From positions 1 to 31,777 of the forward strand of contig JAPYNS010000180.1 in the NCBI GenBank assembly GCA_028279005.1: a stretch of DNA of 31,777 nucleotides, read 5' to 3'. Shown here one piece after another: positions 1 to 8,095 of the stretch. Position 1 is the first letter of the stretch; every line of letters begins with the position of its first letter. This DNA comes from Candidatus Spongiisocius variivorans. Lineage in GTDB: Bacteria; Actinomycetota; Acidimicrobiia; Spongiisociales; Spongiisociaceae. Position numbers and translations under genes: made by a program. Under the pieces are notes generated by a model. That model saw only the letters and a list, made by a program, of their open reading frames with translations. It did no database searches and had not been told where the DNA came from.

Positions 1-702
1 GGGTTCGCCACCGGCTTCATCAACGCGGTGGCCGGTGGGGGATCGGCTCTGACCATCCCGCTGCTCACGCTCATGTCCGATGCCAACATCGCCAACGGCA
101 CCAACCGGGTGCCGGTCCTGTTCGCCAACCTGGCCGGCATCGTCGCGTACCAGCGCGGGGACTCGGTCCCATGGAACAGGATCACGGTGTTGATACCGCC
201 GGTTCTGGCCGGGGCCGGCTTGGGAGCGTGGGTCGCCACCCAACTCCCGCCAGACGGGATGCAGCGGGTATTCGCGGTCGTGCTGCTGCTGGTGGCGGTC
301 TCGGCGGTGGTCAACACCAAGCAGTGGCTGGAGGAGGCGCCGTCCCGGCTGGGACCCGTCGGTCGGACTGTCGCCTTCTTCTTCATCGGTTTCTACGGCG
401 GCTTCGTCCAGATCGGGGTCGGCATCCTCCTTCTGACCGCACTGGTGCTCGGCTCCGGGTTCAGCATGCTGAGAGGGAATGGCGCCAAGGTGGTGATCAT
501 CGCCGCCTACTCGCTCATCACCCTGCCGTTCTACTTCTGGGCCGGGCACGTGAACCTGTGGCTCGGTGTGATCCTGGCCTTCGGGTTCTCGTCGGGTGCG
601 TACCTGGCCGCGCGGCTGGCGGTGAGCAAGGGGTCGGTCTGGGCGAGGTGGGTGCTGGTGGTCGCGGCGGTTGGGGCGGCTATCCGGATGATGTTCACCT
701 AG
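1..702 (+). CDS. Sulfite exporter TauE/SafE family membrane protein (5'-truncated by window)
   Basis: Frame is open from base 1 (GFATGFINAVAGGGSALTIP, the typical GxxxG-GG start). Hydrophobic helices and a second GFYGGFVQIGVG repeat. Stop TAG at 700-702. Confidence 0.85.
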   Translation, partial: GFATGFINAVAGGGSALTIPLLTLMSDANIANGTNRVPVLFANLAGIVAYQRGDSVPWNRITVLIPPVLAGAGLGAWVATQLPPDGMQRVFAVVLLLVAVSAVVNTKQWLEEAPSRLGPVGRTVAFFFIGFYGGFVQIGVGILLLTALVLGSGFSMLRGNGAKVVIIAAYSLITLPFYFWAGHVNLWLGVILAFGFSSGAYLAARLAVSKGSVWARWVLVVAAVGAAIRMMFT

Positions 703-721
703 GCGGCGGTTGCGGGCCGCC
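702..721. terminator. GC hairpin between convergent tauE-like gene and infA
   Basis: ggcggc-N8-gccgcc in a 33-bp convergent gap; no clear U-tract. Confidence 0.3.
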
Positions 722-735
722 CCGGCTTCCGGTTA

Positions 736-957
736 CTACTTGTATCGCCAGACGATCCGTCCACGGCTGGGGTCGTAGGCGGACAACTCCACGTCGACCC
801 GGTCGCCCGGGAGGATACGAATGAACCGTCCCCGTCGCATCTTGCCCGAGGCTCGGGCAAGCACCTCGAGGCCACCATCGATCTTCACGTTGAACATGGC
901 ATTAGGCAGGGTCTCGACAACGCTGCCCTGAACCCGCAGCACGTCATCCTTTGGCAA
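736..957 (-). CDS. infA: Translation initiation factor IF-1 (divergent, stand-alone copy)
   Basis: [21 protein letters not shown]...[37 protein letters not shown] start at 957 after AGAGGA gives 73 aa, the usual IF-1 size. The ORF track extends to 1020. Confidence 0.92.
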   Translation of the reverse strand: MPKDDVLRVQGSVVETLPNAMFNVKIDGGLEVLARASGKMRRGRFIRILPGDRVDVELSAYDPSRGRIVWRYK

Positions 958-1056
958 GAAAGGTCCTCTCTGTAGCGAATATGCGGCCGGGCTCTGGGTG
1001 CTGAGGCCCTGACCAGCCAAGGCTAACCCATGGAGCGCCGTGCCGGAGCGGCCTGG

Positions 1057-2505
1057 TCAGGCGGATCCTTCATCAACCGGGTCTGATGCCCGGCGGAGCG
1101 CCCGACGGCCCCGCTCGGCCAGCACGGCCCGCACCCTTGCGATGTCATCCGGACACGTTCGGGACGCCATCCAGTAGCACAGACCCGTCGGGATGAAGAA
1201 GACCTGGAAGAGGGCCAAGCCTATGGCGTAGTTCAACGGCGCCGCGAAGGCGGCGGAGAGCATCCCTGCCACCGGCACGGTGAGACCGTTCCCGGCCGCC
1301 CGGGACACTCCGTTGGACAGGTTGGCGATGCCGAACATGGTCCCCCGATGCTCTGGCAGGTTCACGTCGGAGATGAGGGCGAACCAGTTGGGGGAGTCGG
1401 CCGAGGAGAGGATGACCGCCACCAGGATCAGCAGGAAGGCGGTCGCCGCGTACGGGTTGGTGACCACGCTGCCGAGAGTGGCGAGGACGATGGCCATGCT
1501 TCCCTGGTCCGTCGGTATGTCGAGGCCGCGCAACGGGATGAAGAAGAAGGCCACGAAGAACGGGATGGCGCCCAGGATGCCGGTTGCGGAGATGGCGGCC
1601 CTCGCCCGGGCGGTCCTGCGCTGCATGCGGTCGCCCAGATGCCCCGCCAGGATTGAGGCAACTCCGCCGAGTTGGAAGATGGCGCCGAAGACAGCTCCTA
1701 CCGCCGTGGCGGTGGCAAGGTCGTAGCCGTCAGCCTCGACTTTGCTCTGGTACAGGAGGGGGACCCAGACCAACGATCCATAGGCCAGCTGGGCGGTCAG
1801 GCCCTGGAGCACGAGCCACGGGTTGGTGCGGATCCTCCAGAGCCTTGGTATGTCGGACCGCTCGATGCGGTACTCGTACGTTCCTCCGGCGGCCAGCGCC
1901 GCGGCCAACTCCGGCTCCGCCCGGCCCCGGTGTGCTTCGGCGGTGGTCAGATACAGGAGGGCGACGGCGGCGCCGACCAATGCCACGCCGACGAAGGGGC
2001 GCCTCCAGTCGGAAGCGCCCAGGACGCCGCCTAACAAGATGCCCAGGAAGCCCCCGGCACCCTGGGACAGTCCCCAGAAACTCATCGCCAGACCTCGGCG
2101 CCCGGGAGGGATGAAGTCGGAGATCACCGAGAAGCCTACGGAGGCTATGGCGCCCAATCCGATACCGACCAGCACCGACCACAGGGCCAGCTCGGTGAGG
2201 GATCCCGATCTTGACGCCAGCAGCAACCCGCCGCTCCATACCAGTGTGGCCCAGAAAAGTAGAGGCTTGCGTCGTGACCGATCCCCGATATAGCCCCAAC
2301 CCACCGCCGTCAGCGCTGTTACGAGGATGATCAGGGCGGTGACCAGCGCTACGCCGGTGTTGTCCTCACCCAGGTCGGCTGCCATTACGTTCGTGAGTAC
2401 CGGATAGAGCGCGATTGCAGCATTGTCCAGTGACGCCAGGATCACGAAGATCGTTATCGTGTAGACGACACGAACCTTGTCGTAAGCCCTAAAGAGCCTG
2501 GTCAT
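1057..2505 (-). CDS. MFS transporter
   Basis: About 12 TM segments and MFS motif A-like WGYIGDRSRRK, with a repeat GHLGDRMQRR. Start chosen at ATG 2505 (MTRLF); the ORF track extends to 2565. Confidence 0.88.
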   Translation of the reverse strand: MTRLFRAYDKVRVVYTITIFVILASLDNAAIALYPVLTNVMAADLGEDNTGVALVTALIILVTALTAVGWGYIGDRSRRKPLLFWATLVWSGGLLLASRSGSLTELALWSVLVGIGLGAIASVGFSVISDFIPPGRRGLAMSFWGLSQGAGGFLGILLGGVLGASDWRRPFVGVALVGAAVALLYLTTAEAHRGRAEPELAAALAAGGTYEYRIERSDIPRLWRIRTNPWLVLQGLTAQLAYGSLVWVPLLYQSKVEADGYDLATATAVGAVFGAIFQLGGVASILAGHLGDRMQRRTARARAAISATGILGAIPFFVAFFFIPLRGLDIPTDQGSMAIVLATLGSVVTNPYAATAFLLILVAVILSSADSPNWFALISDVNLPEHRGTMFGIANLSNGVSRAAGNGLTVPVAGMLSAAFAAPLNYAIGLALFQVFFIPTGLCYWMASRTCPDDIARVRAVLAERGRRALRRASDPVDEGSA

Positions 2506-2690
2506 TCGTACATTTCCGGTATCGTTACGCCTCCTCGGCCTGCTCTTCGAGCCTAATGGTGGCAATAGTCATAGAATTACGCTAAACTACCCTAGTTACC
2601 CACGAGAGGCGGGCTTTGACCGAAGGGGTCAGAGGCTGCCCTGGGTCACGACAGGTAGCCGTCATGGTATCCGACCAAGGAAGCGGGCTG

Positions 2691-2888
2691 ATGCAAAGCG
2701 AAGACAAGATTCTCGGCGCCAACGAGGTGGCCGACCTCCTGGGCATGGATGTCCAGATGATCAGGAAGTACGCGAGGGAAGGCCGCCTTCCCGCCTATCG
2801 CCTTCCGGGCGGTAGGACCTTCAAGTTCTTCCGTAGCGAGGTGCTGGACTTCGTCCGGGCTCATCCGGCGAGCACCGAAGGCAGTTGA
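2691..2888 (+). CDS. Excisionase/BldC-like (MerR-type) helix-turn-helix DNA-binding protein
   Basis: 65 aa: ILGANEVADLLGMDVQMIRKYAREGRLPAYRLPGGRTFKFFRSEV matches the Xis/HTH_17 pattern. ATG at 2691 follows AGGAAG. Confidence 0.82.
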   Translation: MQSEDKILGANEVADLLGMDVQMIRKYAREGRLPAYRLPGGRTFKFFRSEVLDFVRAHPASTEGS

Positions 2889-2903
2889 TAAGGCTCGTTA
2901 GTA

Positions 2904-2937
2904 GATAGGCCAGGCAGTAATCCTGTCCTGGCCTATC
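2904..2937. terminator. Hairpin between convergent HTH and GNAT genes
   Basis: Perfect 11-bp inverted repeat gataggccagg ... cctggcctatc, extendable by cag/ctg. Confidence 0.6.
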
Positions 2938-2988
2938 GGCCATCCGTGCGGCCCGGAGGCTGGACTCTCCACGCAGTCGCCGCTCGGG

Positions 2989-3567
2989 TCAGGCCCGGTA
3001 CTCGTGGTCGAGGAGGCCCCAGACCGAGTGGTCCATCCACCGACCGCCCACCTGTAGTTCCTCGCGCAGCACCCCTTCGCGCACGAACCCGAGTTTGGTG
3101 GCAATCCTCTCGCTGGCCTTGTTGCCCACCGCTACCCGGAGGACCATGCGGTGCATCGACAACTCTTCGAACCCGATCCGCAGTGCTTCACGGGTGGCTT
3201 CGGTGGCAACGCCCCGGCCCGTATCCTCGGTTCTGATCCAGTAACCGATCTCTCCGGATCGCGAGGTTCGGGAGACATGCCAGATGCTGATGTTGCCGAC
3301 GTGGCGATCAGGCCTTTCCTGCAGGCGGATCGCGAAGTCGTAGGCCTTGCCCTCGCGCCACGAGCGCATGCTCTCCCTGATGAAGCCGGCCGCTCCCGCT
3401 CGCGTGTAGGCCTTGTTGGCCCAGGGCAGGTACTCGGCCAACTCCGCTCTTGAGTCGCGCACCGCGGCGTACAGGGCTTCGATGTCACGCCGCCTGAACG
3501 GCCGGAGTATCAAACGCTCCGTGTAGCGCTCGAGCGGGGGTAACAGGTCTCGGGCCGAGATTCTCAT
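2989..3567 (-). CDS. GNAT family N-acetyltransferase (RimJ/RimL-like)
   Basis: TERLILRPF, GEIGYWI..GRGVATEA, NKASERIATKLGFVREGVLR. Start set at ATG 3567; the ORF track extends to 3642. Confidence 0.9.
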   Translation of the reverse strand: MRISARDLLPPLERYTERLILRPFRRRDIEALYAAVRDSRAELAEYLPWANKAYTRAGAAGFIRESMRSWREGKAYDFAIRLQERPDRHVGNISIWHVSRTSRSGEIGYWIRTEDTGRGVATEATREALRIGFEELSMHRMVLRVAVGNKASERIATKLGFVREGVLREELQVGGRWMDHSVWGLLDHEYRA

Positions 3568-3623
3568 GGCTATCGCGAGACTATCCGCTATGAGAGCCCC
3601 CGGCCACCGCGCTTCACCCTTTG

Positions 3624-3673
3624 CCACGGGACCTGCGATCACCGACGAACGCGCACAGCGTGACGCGCCCTAG
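3624..3673 (+). repeat. Interspersed element copy A (right arm only)
   Basis: ccacgggacctgcgatcaccgacgaacgcgcacagcgtgacgcgccctag aligns with copies B-E. Confidence 0.8.
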
Positions 3674-3682
3674 CATTTCCTG

Positions 3683-4219
3683 ATGGACGACTCTTGGAAC
3701 CCCGGCCGATTGCTGCCCGATCCGCCTTCCGGCGAGGGAACCCAGCAGGCGGCCGTACTGGCCCCTCTGTACGAGGACGGCGACGATCTCCGGCTGGTCC
3801 TGATCCGTCGTCCACTCCACATGCCCACCCACGGTGGGGATGTGGCCTTTCCGGGCGGTAAGCCGCGCCGTGGGGAGAGGCCTCTTGATACCGCCCTGCG
3901 CGAAGCCCGGGAGGAGGTCGGTATCGAGCCCGGCACGGTCGAGGTTCTCGGCTACCTGCCCGCCATCCACACGGTTAGTTATCCGCTGCTCGTGGTGCCG
4001 GTAGTCGGAATGCTGCCTGGGGTACCCAGCCTGCGACCCGATCCGAACGAGGTGGATCGGATCCATACTCCGACCATGAGTTCCCTCCTCGACGTGACCC
4101 GCTGGCATAGCAAGTCCTGGAGAGGTCACCAGGTGTTCGTGTTCGACCTCGATGGCGACACCTTGTGGGGAGCGACCGCTCGGATGGTTCGCCGGCTGAT
4201 CGGCCTGGAGACCTACTAG
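3683..4219 (+). CDS. Nudix hydrolase, CoA pyrophosphatase (NudL/Pcd1-like)
   Basis: AAVLAPL, HGGDVAFPGG, Nudix box GGK...ALREAREEVGI, C-terminal LWGATA. Confidence 0.9.
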   Translation: MDDSWNPGRLLPDPPSGEGTQQAAVLAPLYEDGDDLRLVLIRRPLHMPTHGGDVAFPGGKPRRGERPLDTALREAREEVGIEPGTVEVLGYLPAIHTVSYPLLVVPVVGMLPGVPSLRPDPNEVDRIHTPTMSSLLDVTRWHSKSWRGHQVFVFDLDGDTLWGATARMVRRLIGLETY

Positions 4220-4296
4220 ATGGCGTGGTCAGTCTGCGGGGACCGACCACGGGACCCGCGACAACTGCTAACGCGCAGAGCGTGAACACGCCCTAG
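4216..4296 (+). repeat. Interspersed element copy B (CTAG on both sides, internal inverted repeat)
   Basis: CTAG(4216)-atgg-cgtggtcagtc-tgcggg-gaccgaccacg-ggacccgcga...agcgtgaacacgcc-CTAG(4293). Confidence 0.85.
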
Positions 4297-4319
4297 CTCC
4301 GAAGGGGTTCTGGAAGTGG

Positions 4320-5111
4320 TCACCGGCCGGCGGCTGATCGACCGGTAACGAGGTGGCGGACGGCGTCGTGGAGTTCCCCGTTGGTTGCCAGGCCGGTTCC
4401 GGACCGGAACGACAGTTCTCCGGATAGGTCCGTGAACCTGCCGCCGGCCTCCGGGAGGATGACGGCCATCGGCGCCACGTCCCACGGATTGACGATCGGG
4501 TCGAGCATGGCGTCCACCCGCCCTGAGGCCACCAGGCTGTAGCCGTAGGCGTCACCCCATCCCCGCAGGATCATCGGCCCGGCGTGGAGGCGCTCGGCCA
4601 TGTCCTCGGGAAGGAGGTCGAACCCGCTGGTGCACATCGCGGCGCCCTCCAGATCGGATCGGCGGCGAACCGATACGGCGCGCTCGTTCAGGTAACAGCC
4701 CCGGCCCCGGCCTGCCGCCATGGTCTCGCCAAGAGCGGGGAGGTCTATGACTCCCACCGCCACACCGTGCTCATCCTCGAGAGCGAGCAGTGTGGCGAAG
4801 AGCGGCACGCCCCGGATGAAGGACTGGGTGCCGTCGATGGGATCGATGAACCAGGTGCGTCCGGACGAACCGCCGGTGTCGGCGAATTCCTCCCCAACGA
4901 TTCCATCCTCGGGGAAGTGCTGGGCAAGTTCGGAGCGCAGGAGCCGCTCCGCCGCCCGGTCGGCCTCTGTAACCGGGCTTCCGTCCTCCTTGACCATCAC
5001 CTCCGGGGAGCCGTCGTACCAGCGCATCGTGACCTGTCCGGCCGACTTGGCCAGGTGGACGGCCTGGCTGAGCAGCGACTCCTCGACCGGGGGTCCGGCG
5101 GCGCGGCTCAC
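4320..5111 (-). CDS. Inositol monophosphatase family protein, probable histidinol-phosphatase (HisN-like)
   Basis: KEDGSPVTEAD, GEE, WFIDPIDGT, GWGDAYGY, WDVAP. GTG start at 5111 overlaps the cimA stop (GTGA). Confidence 0.85.
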   Translation of the reverse strand: MSRAAGPPVEESLLSQAVHLAKSAGQVTMRWYDGSPEVMVKEDGSPVTEADRAAERLLRSELAQHFPEDGIVGEEFADTGGSSGRTWFIDPIDGTQSFIRGVPLFATLLALEDEHGVAVGVIDLPALGETMAAGRGRGCYLNERAVSVRRRSDLEGAAMCTSGFDLLPEDMAERLHAGPMILRGWGDAYGYSLVASGRVDAMLDPIVNPWDVAPMAVILPEAGGRFTDLSGELSFRSGTGLATNGELHDAVRHLVTGRSAAGR

Positions 5112-6709
5112 GGTCGGCTGCCGACCGCGCCGGCCGGCTCGGCTCCCGCCCGCAGCAGACCGATGACGATCCCGTCCGCCATCGCCTCCCACGTCGCTTC
5201 GATGATGTTCTCGTGCACCCCGATGGAGCCCCAGGTCGAGGGGCCGTCGCTCATTTCGATGAAGACTCTCACGACCGCGGCCGTTGAGGCGGTGGCGTCC
5301 AGGACACGTACGTTGTAGTTGGTGAGGCGTAGGGTGTCCAGCTGGGGATAGTGGTCCTTCAGCGCTTCCCGCAGGGCATGGTCGAGGGCGTTGACCGGCC
5401 CGTTGCCCTCACCGGTCCGTATCACCCGCTCGCCCCGGATCACGATCTTGACCGTGGCTTCCGCCATGACCAGTGCATCGGATCGATGCTCCGTAGAGAC
5501 CCGGAACGACTCCAGTTCGAAAAAGTCATGCGACCATCTGGCAGCCTGCCTCAGCATCAACTCGAACGATCCGTCAGCGGCCTCGAAGTGGTAGCCCCGG
5601 TTCTCCATGTGCTTGATCTCGTCGAGCACCTCGGCGGCCTGGTCGCCTGTCAGCGCGACGCCCAGATCCCGAGCCTTGGCGAGTACGGTCGAACGGCCCG
5701 ACAACTCCGAGACCACGGTACGGGTTCGGTTGCCTACCTGACCCGGGTTCTGGTGCTCGTAAGCGTCGGGACGCCGGGCCAGGGCCGAGGTGTGCAAGCC
5801 CGCTTTGTGGGTGAATGCCGACGCGCCCACGTACGGACTGTGAGGGTTGAGGCTGACGTTCACGATCTCCGCGATGTGGTGGGCGATGGGCGACAGTGTC
5901 TCGAGCCGGTTCGGATCGAGCACCGGGACTCCCATTTTCAGCACCAGGTCAGGGAGAATGGTGGAGAGGTCGGCGTTGCCGGTCCGCTCCCCGTAGCCGT
6001 TGATGCATCCCTGCACCTGGCGGACCCCCATCTCGACCGCTGCCAGCGACGACGCCACCGCGCAACCGGCGTCGTTGTGGAAGTGCACTCCTAGTTCGGC
6101 ATGGGGAAGGGCGCCTTGGACCCGGTCGATGGTGCCGGCGATGTCCGGCAGCAGGCGCCCTCCATTGGTGTCGCACAGGACCAGGCGCTCGGCGCCCTCC
6201 TCGAACGCGGCCCTCAGCACCCTCAGGGAGAACTCCGGGTTCGACCGGTAGCCGTCGAAGAAGTGCTCCGCGTCAAAGAAGACCCGCCGGTCGTGGCGTC
6301 TCAGGTACGCCACCGACTCGGCCACCATCGCGACTCCGTCGTCGAGGTCGGTCAGCAGGGCTTCCCGGACGTGGTAGTCCCACGCTTTCCCGACGATGCA
6401 TACGGCCTCGGTCTCCGCTTCGAGCAGATTGAGCATCTGCGGATCACCCTCAACAGATCGGCGGGGCCGGCGGGTGGCGCCGAACGCGGTCAGGGAAGCG
6501 GTGCGGAGGTTGACTTCGGAACGCGCCCGCTTGAAAAACTCGCTGTCCTTGGGGTTGGCGCCGGGCCATCCGCCCTCGATGTATCCGACCCCGAGATCGT
6601 CCAGCAGAGCGGCGATCCGCAGCTTGTCGGAAACGGTCAGCGAGATGCCTTCTTGCTGCGCCCCGTCTCGCAGGGTGGTGTCGTAGATTTCGAGTCGGGG
6701 ATGTGGCAT
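5108..6709 (-). CDS. cimA: Citramalate synthase
   Basis: YDTTLRDGAQQEG, EGGWPGANPKD, FFDAEHFFDG, GYGERTGNA, C-terminal regulatory domain GNGPVNALD. Real start at ATG 6709 after AGGAGAGGGAGG; the 969-aa ORF call is over-extended. Confidence 0.9.
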   Translation of the reverse strand: MPHPRLEIYDTTLRDGAQQEGISLTVSDKLRIAALLDDLGVGYIEGGWPGANPKDSEFFKRARSEVNLRTASLTAFGATRRPRRSVEGDPQMLNLLEAETEAVCIVGKAWDYHVREALLTDLDDGVAMVAESVAYLRRHDRRVFFDAEHFFDGYRSNPEFSLRVLRAAFEEGAERLVLCDTNGGRLLPDIAGTIDRVQGALPHAELGVHFHNDAGCAVASSLAAVEMGVRQVQGCINGYGERTGNADLSTILPDLVLKMGVPVLDPNRLETLSPIAHHIAEIVNVSLNPHSPYVGASAFTHKAGLHTSALARRPDAYEHQNPGQVGNRTRTVVSELSGRSTVLAKARDLGVALTGDQAAEVLDEIKHMENRGYHFEAADGSFELMLRQAARWSHDFFELESFRVSTEHRSDALVMAEATVKIVIRGERVIRTGEGNGPVNALDHALREALKDHYPQLDTLRLTNYNVRVLDATASTAAVVRVFIEMSDGPSTWGSIGVHENIIEATWEAMADGIVIGLLRAGAEPAGAVGSRP

Positions 6710-6754
6710 GCGAGCTTCCCTCCCTCTCCTGACCGCCGGCGGTACGTTCCTTGC

Positions 6755-6786
6755 AAATGAAGAGCCCTGCGCCGGGGCGCAGGGCT
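6755..6786 (-). terminator. Attenuator terminator upstream of cimA
   Basis: On the minus strand: AGCCCTGCGC-cccg-GCGCAGGGCT (10-bp perfect stem) followed by CUUCAUUU, about 45 nt before the cimA start. Confidence 0.7.
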
Positions 6787-6813
6787 GCGGGCACAGGGTC
6801 GGATCCCTATGCC

Positions 6814-6846
6814 CTAGTCGATAATGATCCCGGTGTGGATACTCAT
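6814..6846 (-). CDS. Putative Ile-rich leader peptide MSIHTGIIID
   Basis: ATG AGT ATC CAC ACC GGG ATC ATT ATC GAC TAG: 4 of 10 codons are Ile, three consecutive. It lies between a sigma70-type promoter and the terminator upstream of cimA. Confidence 0.75.
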   Translation of the reverse strand: MSIHTGIIID

Positions 6847-6856
6847 CTCCCGCCGG

Positions 6857-6885
6857 AGTGTCGCTGATCCGATCCGGGATGTCAA
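6857..6885 (-). promoter_or_regulatory. Sigma70/SigA-type promoter for the cimA leader
   Basis: Minus strand TTGACA (6885-6880), 17-bp spacer, GACACT (6862-6857), then 10 nt to the leader ATG. Confidence 0.6.
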
Positions 6886-6922
6886 CACCTATTCCCCACA
6901 CGCGCGCGGGGTGGCTGGTCCG

Positions 6923-6939
6923 GCGAGATGTCATCTCGC
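6923..6939. promoter_or_regulatory. Perfect palindrome, candidate operator
   Basis: GCGAGATG-T-CATCTCGC between the divergent cimA and trpS starts. Confidence 0.35.
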
Positions 6940-6991
6940 AGTCATCCCGTGGTCCGCGTAACCTCTGGGCGAGCTGAGCGGAGGTGATGAG

Positions 6992-7969
6992 GTGACCACC
7001 AGAAGGGTCTTTTCGGGCATCCAGCCCAGCGGTGACATCCACATCGGCAACTACATGGGAGCGCTCCGTAACTGGGTGGCCATGCAGGACGAGTACTCCA
7101 CGGTCTATTGCGTGGTCGATCTCCATGCGTTGACCCTCCCTCAGGATCCGGCCGAGTTGGCGGCGGCCCGGGTGCGGACCGCCAAGATCCTGCTGGCGGC
7201 GGGGATCAATCCCGGCCACTCCCTGGTCTACTACCAGAGCCAGGTTCCGCAGCACGCTGAGCTGTCCTGGATCATGGGAACCTTCGCCTCGATGGGCCAG
7301 TTGGGCCGGATGACTCAGTACAAGGAGAAGGAGGACAAGGGCGGGCAGAACCTGGGTCTGTTCTCCTATCCCGTGCTGATGGCAGCCGACATACTCGTCC
7401 ACCGTGTGCACGCTGTGCCGGTCGGCAACGACCAGACCCAGCACCTCGAGTTCACCCGTGATCTCGTGGATCGGTTCAATGCCCGGTACGGGGACTTCTT
7501 CCCGGTGCCGGAGCAGATAACGCCCCCGGTGGGAGCCCGGGTCATGTCCCTGAAGGACCCGAGCTCCAAGATGTCCAAGTCCGATCCAGATGGGGGCTCG
7601 CGGATAATCGTGACCGACGACGGCGACACCATCGTGAGAAAGGTCCGGCGGGCGGTGACCGACTCGGGCACCCGGGTCGCCTACGACGTGGAGCGCAAGC
7701 CGGGGATCAGCAACCTGCTGGACATCCTGTCCGCCTTCACGGGCCGTAGCGTCCACCAACTGGCGGAGGAGTACCGCTCCGTCGGTTACGGCCGCTTCAA
7801 GGAGGCCGTGGCCGAGGCGGTGATCTCCGGTCTGGCGCAGGTACGCCGAGCCTATCTGGACCTGGACGACTCCGAGGTGGAGCGGATCATGGCAGAGGGC
7901 GCGGAAGCGGCCCGGACCAGGGCCGAGGAGACCATGACCGGAGTGCGCCGCCTCATCGGACTCGGTTGA
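6992..7969 (+). CDS. trpS: Tryptophan--tRNA ligase
   Basis: FSGIQPSGDIHIGNY (HIGH), YPVLMAADIL, VPVGNDQTQHLE, KMSKS. Confidence 0.97.
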   Translation: MTTRRVFSGIQPSGDIHIGNYMGALRNWVAMQDEYSTVYCVVDLHALTLPQDPAELAAARVRTAKILLAAGINPGHSLVYYQSQVPQHAELSWIMGTFASMGQLGRMTQYKEKEDKGGQNLGLFSYPVLMAADILVHRVHAVPVGNDQTQHLEFTRDLVDRFNARYGDFFPVPEQITPPVGARVMSLKDPSSKMSKSDPDGGSRIIVTDDGDTIVRKVRRAVTDSGTRVAYDVERKPGISNLLDILSAFTGRSVHQLAEEYRSVGYGRFKEAVAEAVISGLAQVRRAYLDLDDSEVERIMAEGAEAARTRAEETMTGVRRLIGLG

Positions 7970-8064
7970 TCGTGGTCGGTCAGCGTGCTCTGGACCGCCA
8001 TCCCGCAGACCGACCACGGGACCCGCGAATACTAACGAACCCTCATAGTGTGAACATACACTAG
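7968..8064 (+). repeat. Interspersed element copy C
   Basis: gatcgtggtcggtc-a-gcgtgctctggaccgcca-tcccgca-gaccgaccacg-ggacccgcga...agtgtgaacataca-CTAG. Confidence 0.85.
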
Positions 8065-8067
8065 TTA

Positions 8068-8095
8068 TAACTACCAGCTAGCAACTACAGACTAG
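8068..8095 (+). repeat. 7-bp-period micro-array (taactac cagctag caactac agactag)
   Basis: CTAC/CTAG at 8071, 8078, 8085 and 8092; overlaps the last codons of the CPBP gene. Confidence 0.6.

Noticed and set aside
2691-2888. Prophage or ICE boundary implied by the excisionase-like gene
   Set aside because: No integrase, tRNA or att site, or phage genes are present; the neighbours are ordinary chromosomal genes.
6710-8017. 436-codon N-terminal extension of cimA running antisense through all of trpS (969-aa ORF)
   Set aside because: Stop-free antisense frames are expected from high GC3 codon bias. The CimA homology, SD, terminator and leader all point to a start at 6709.
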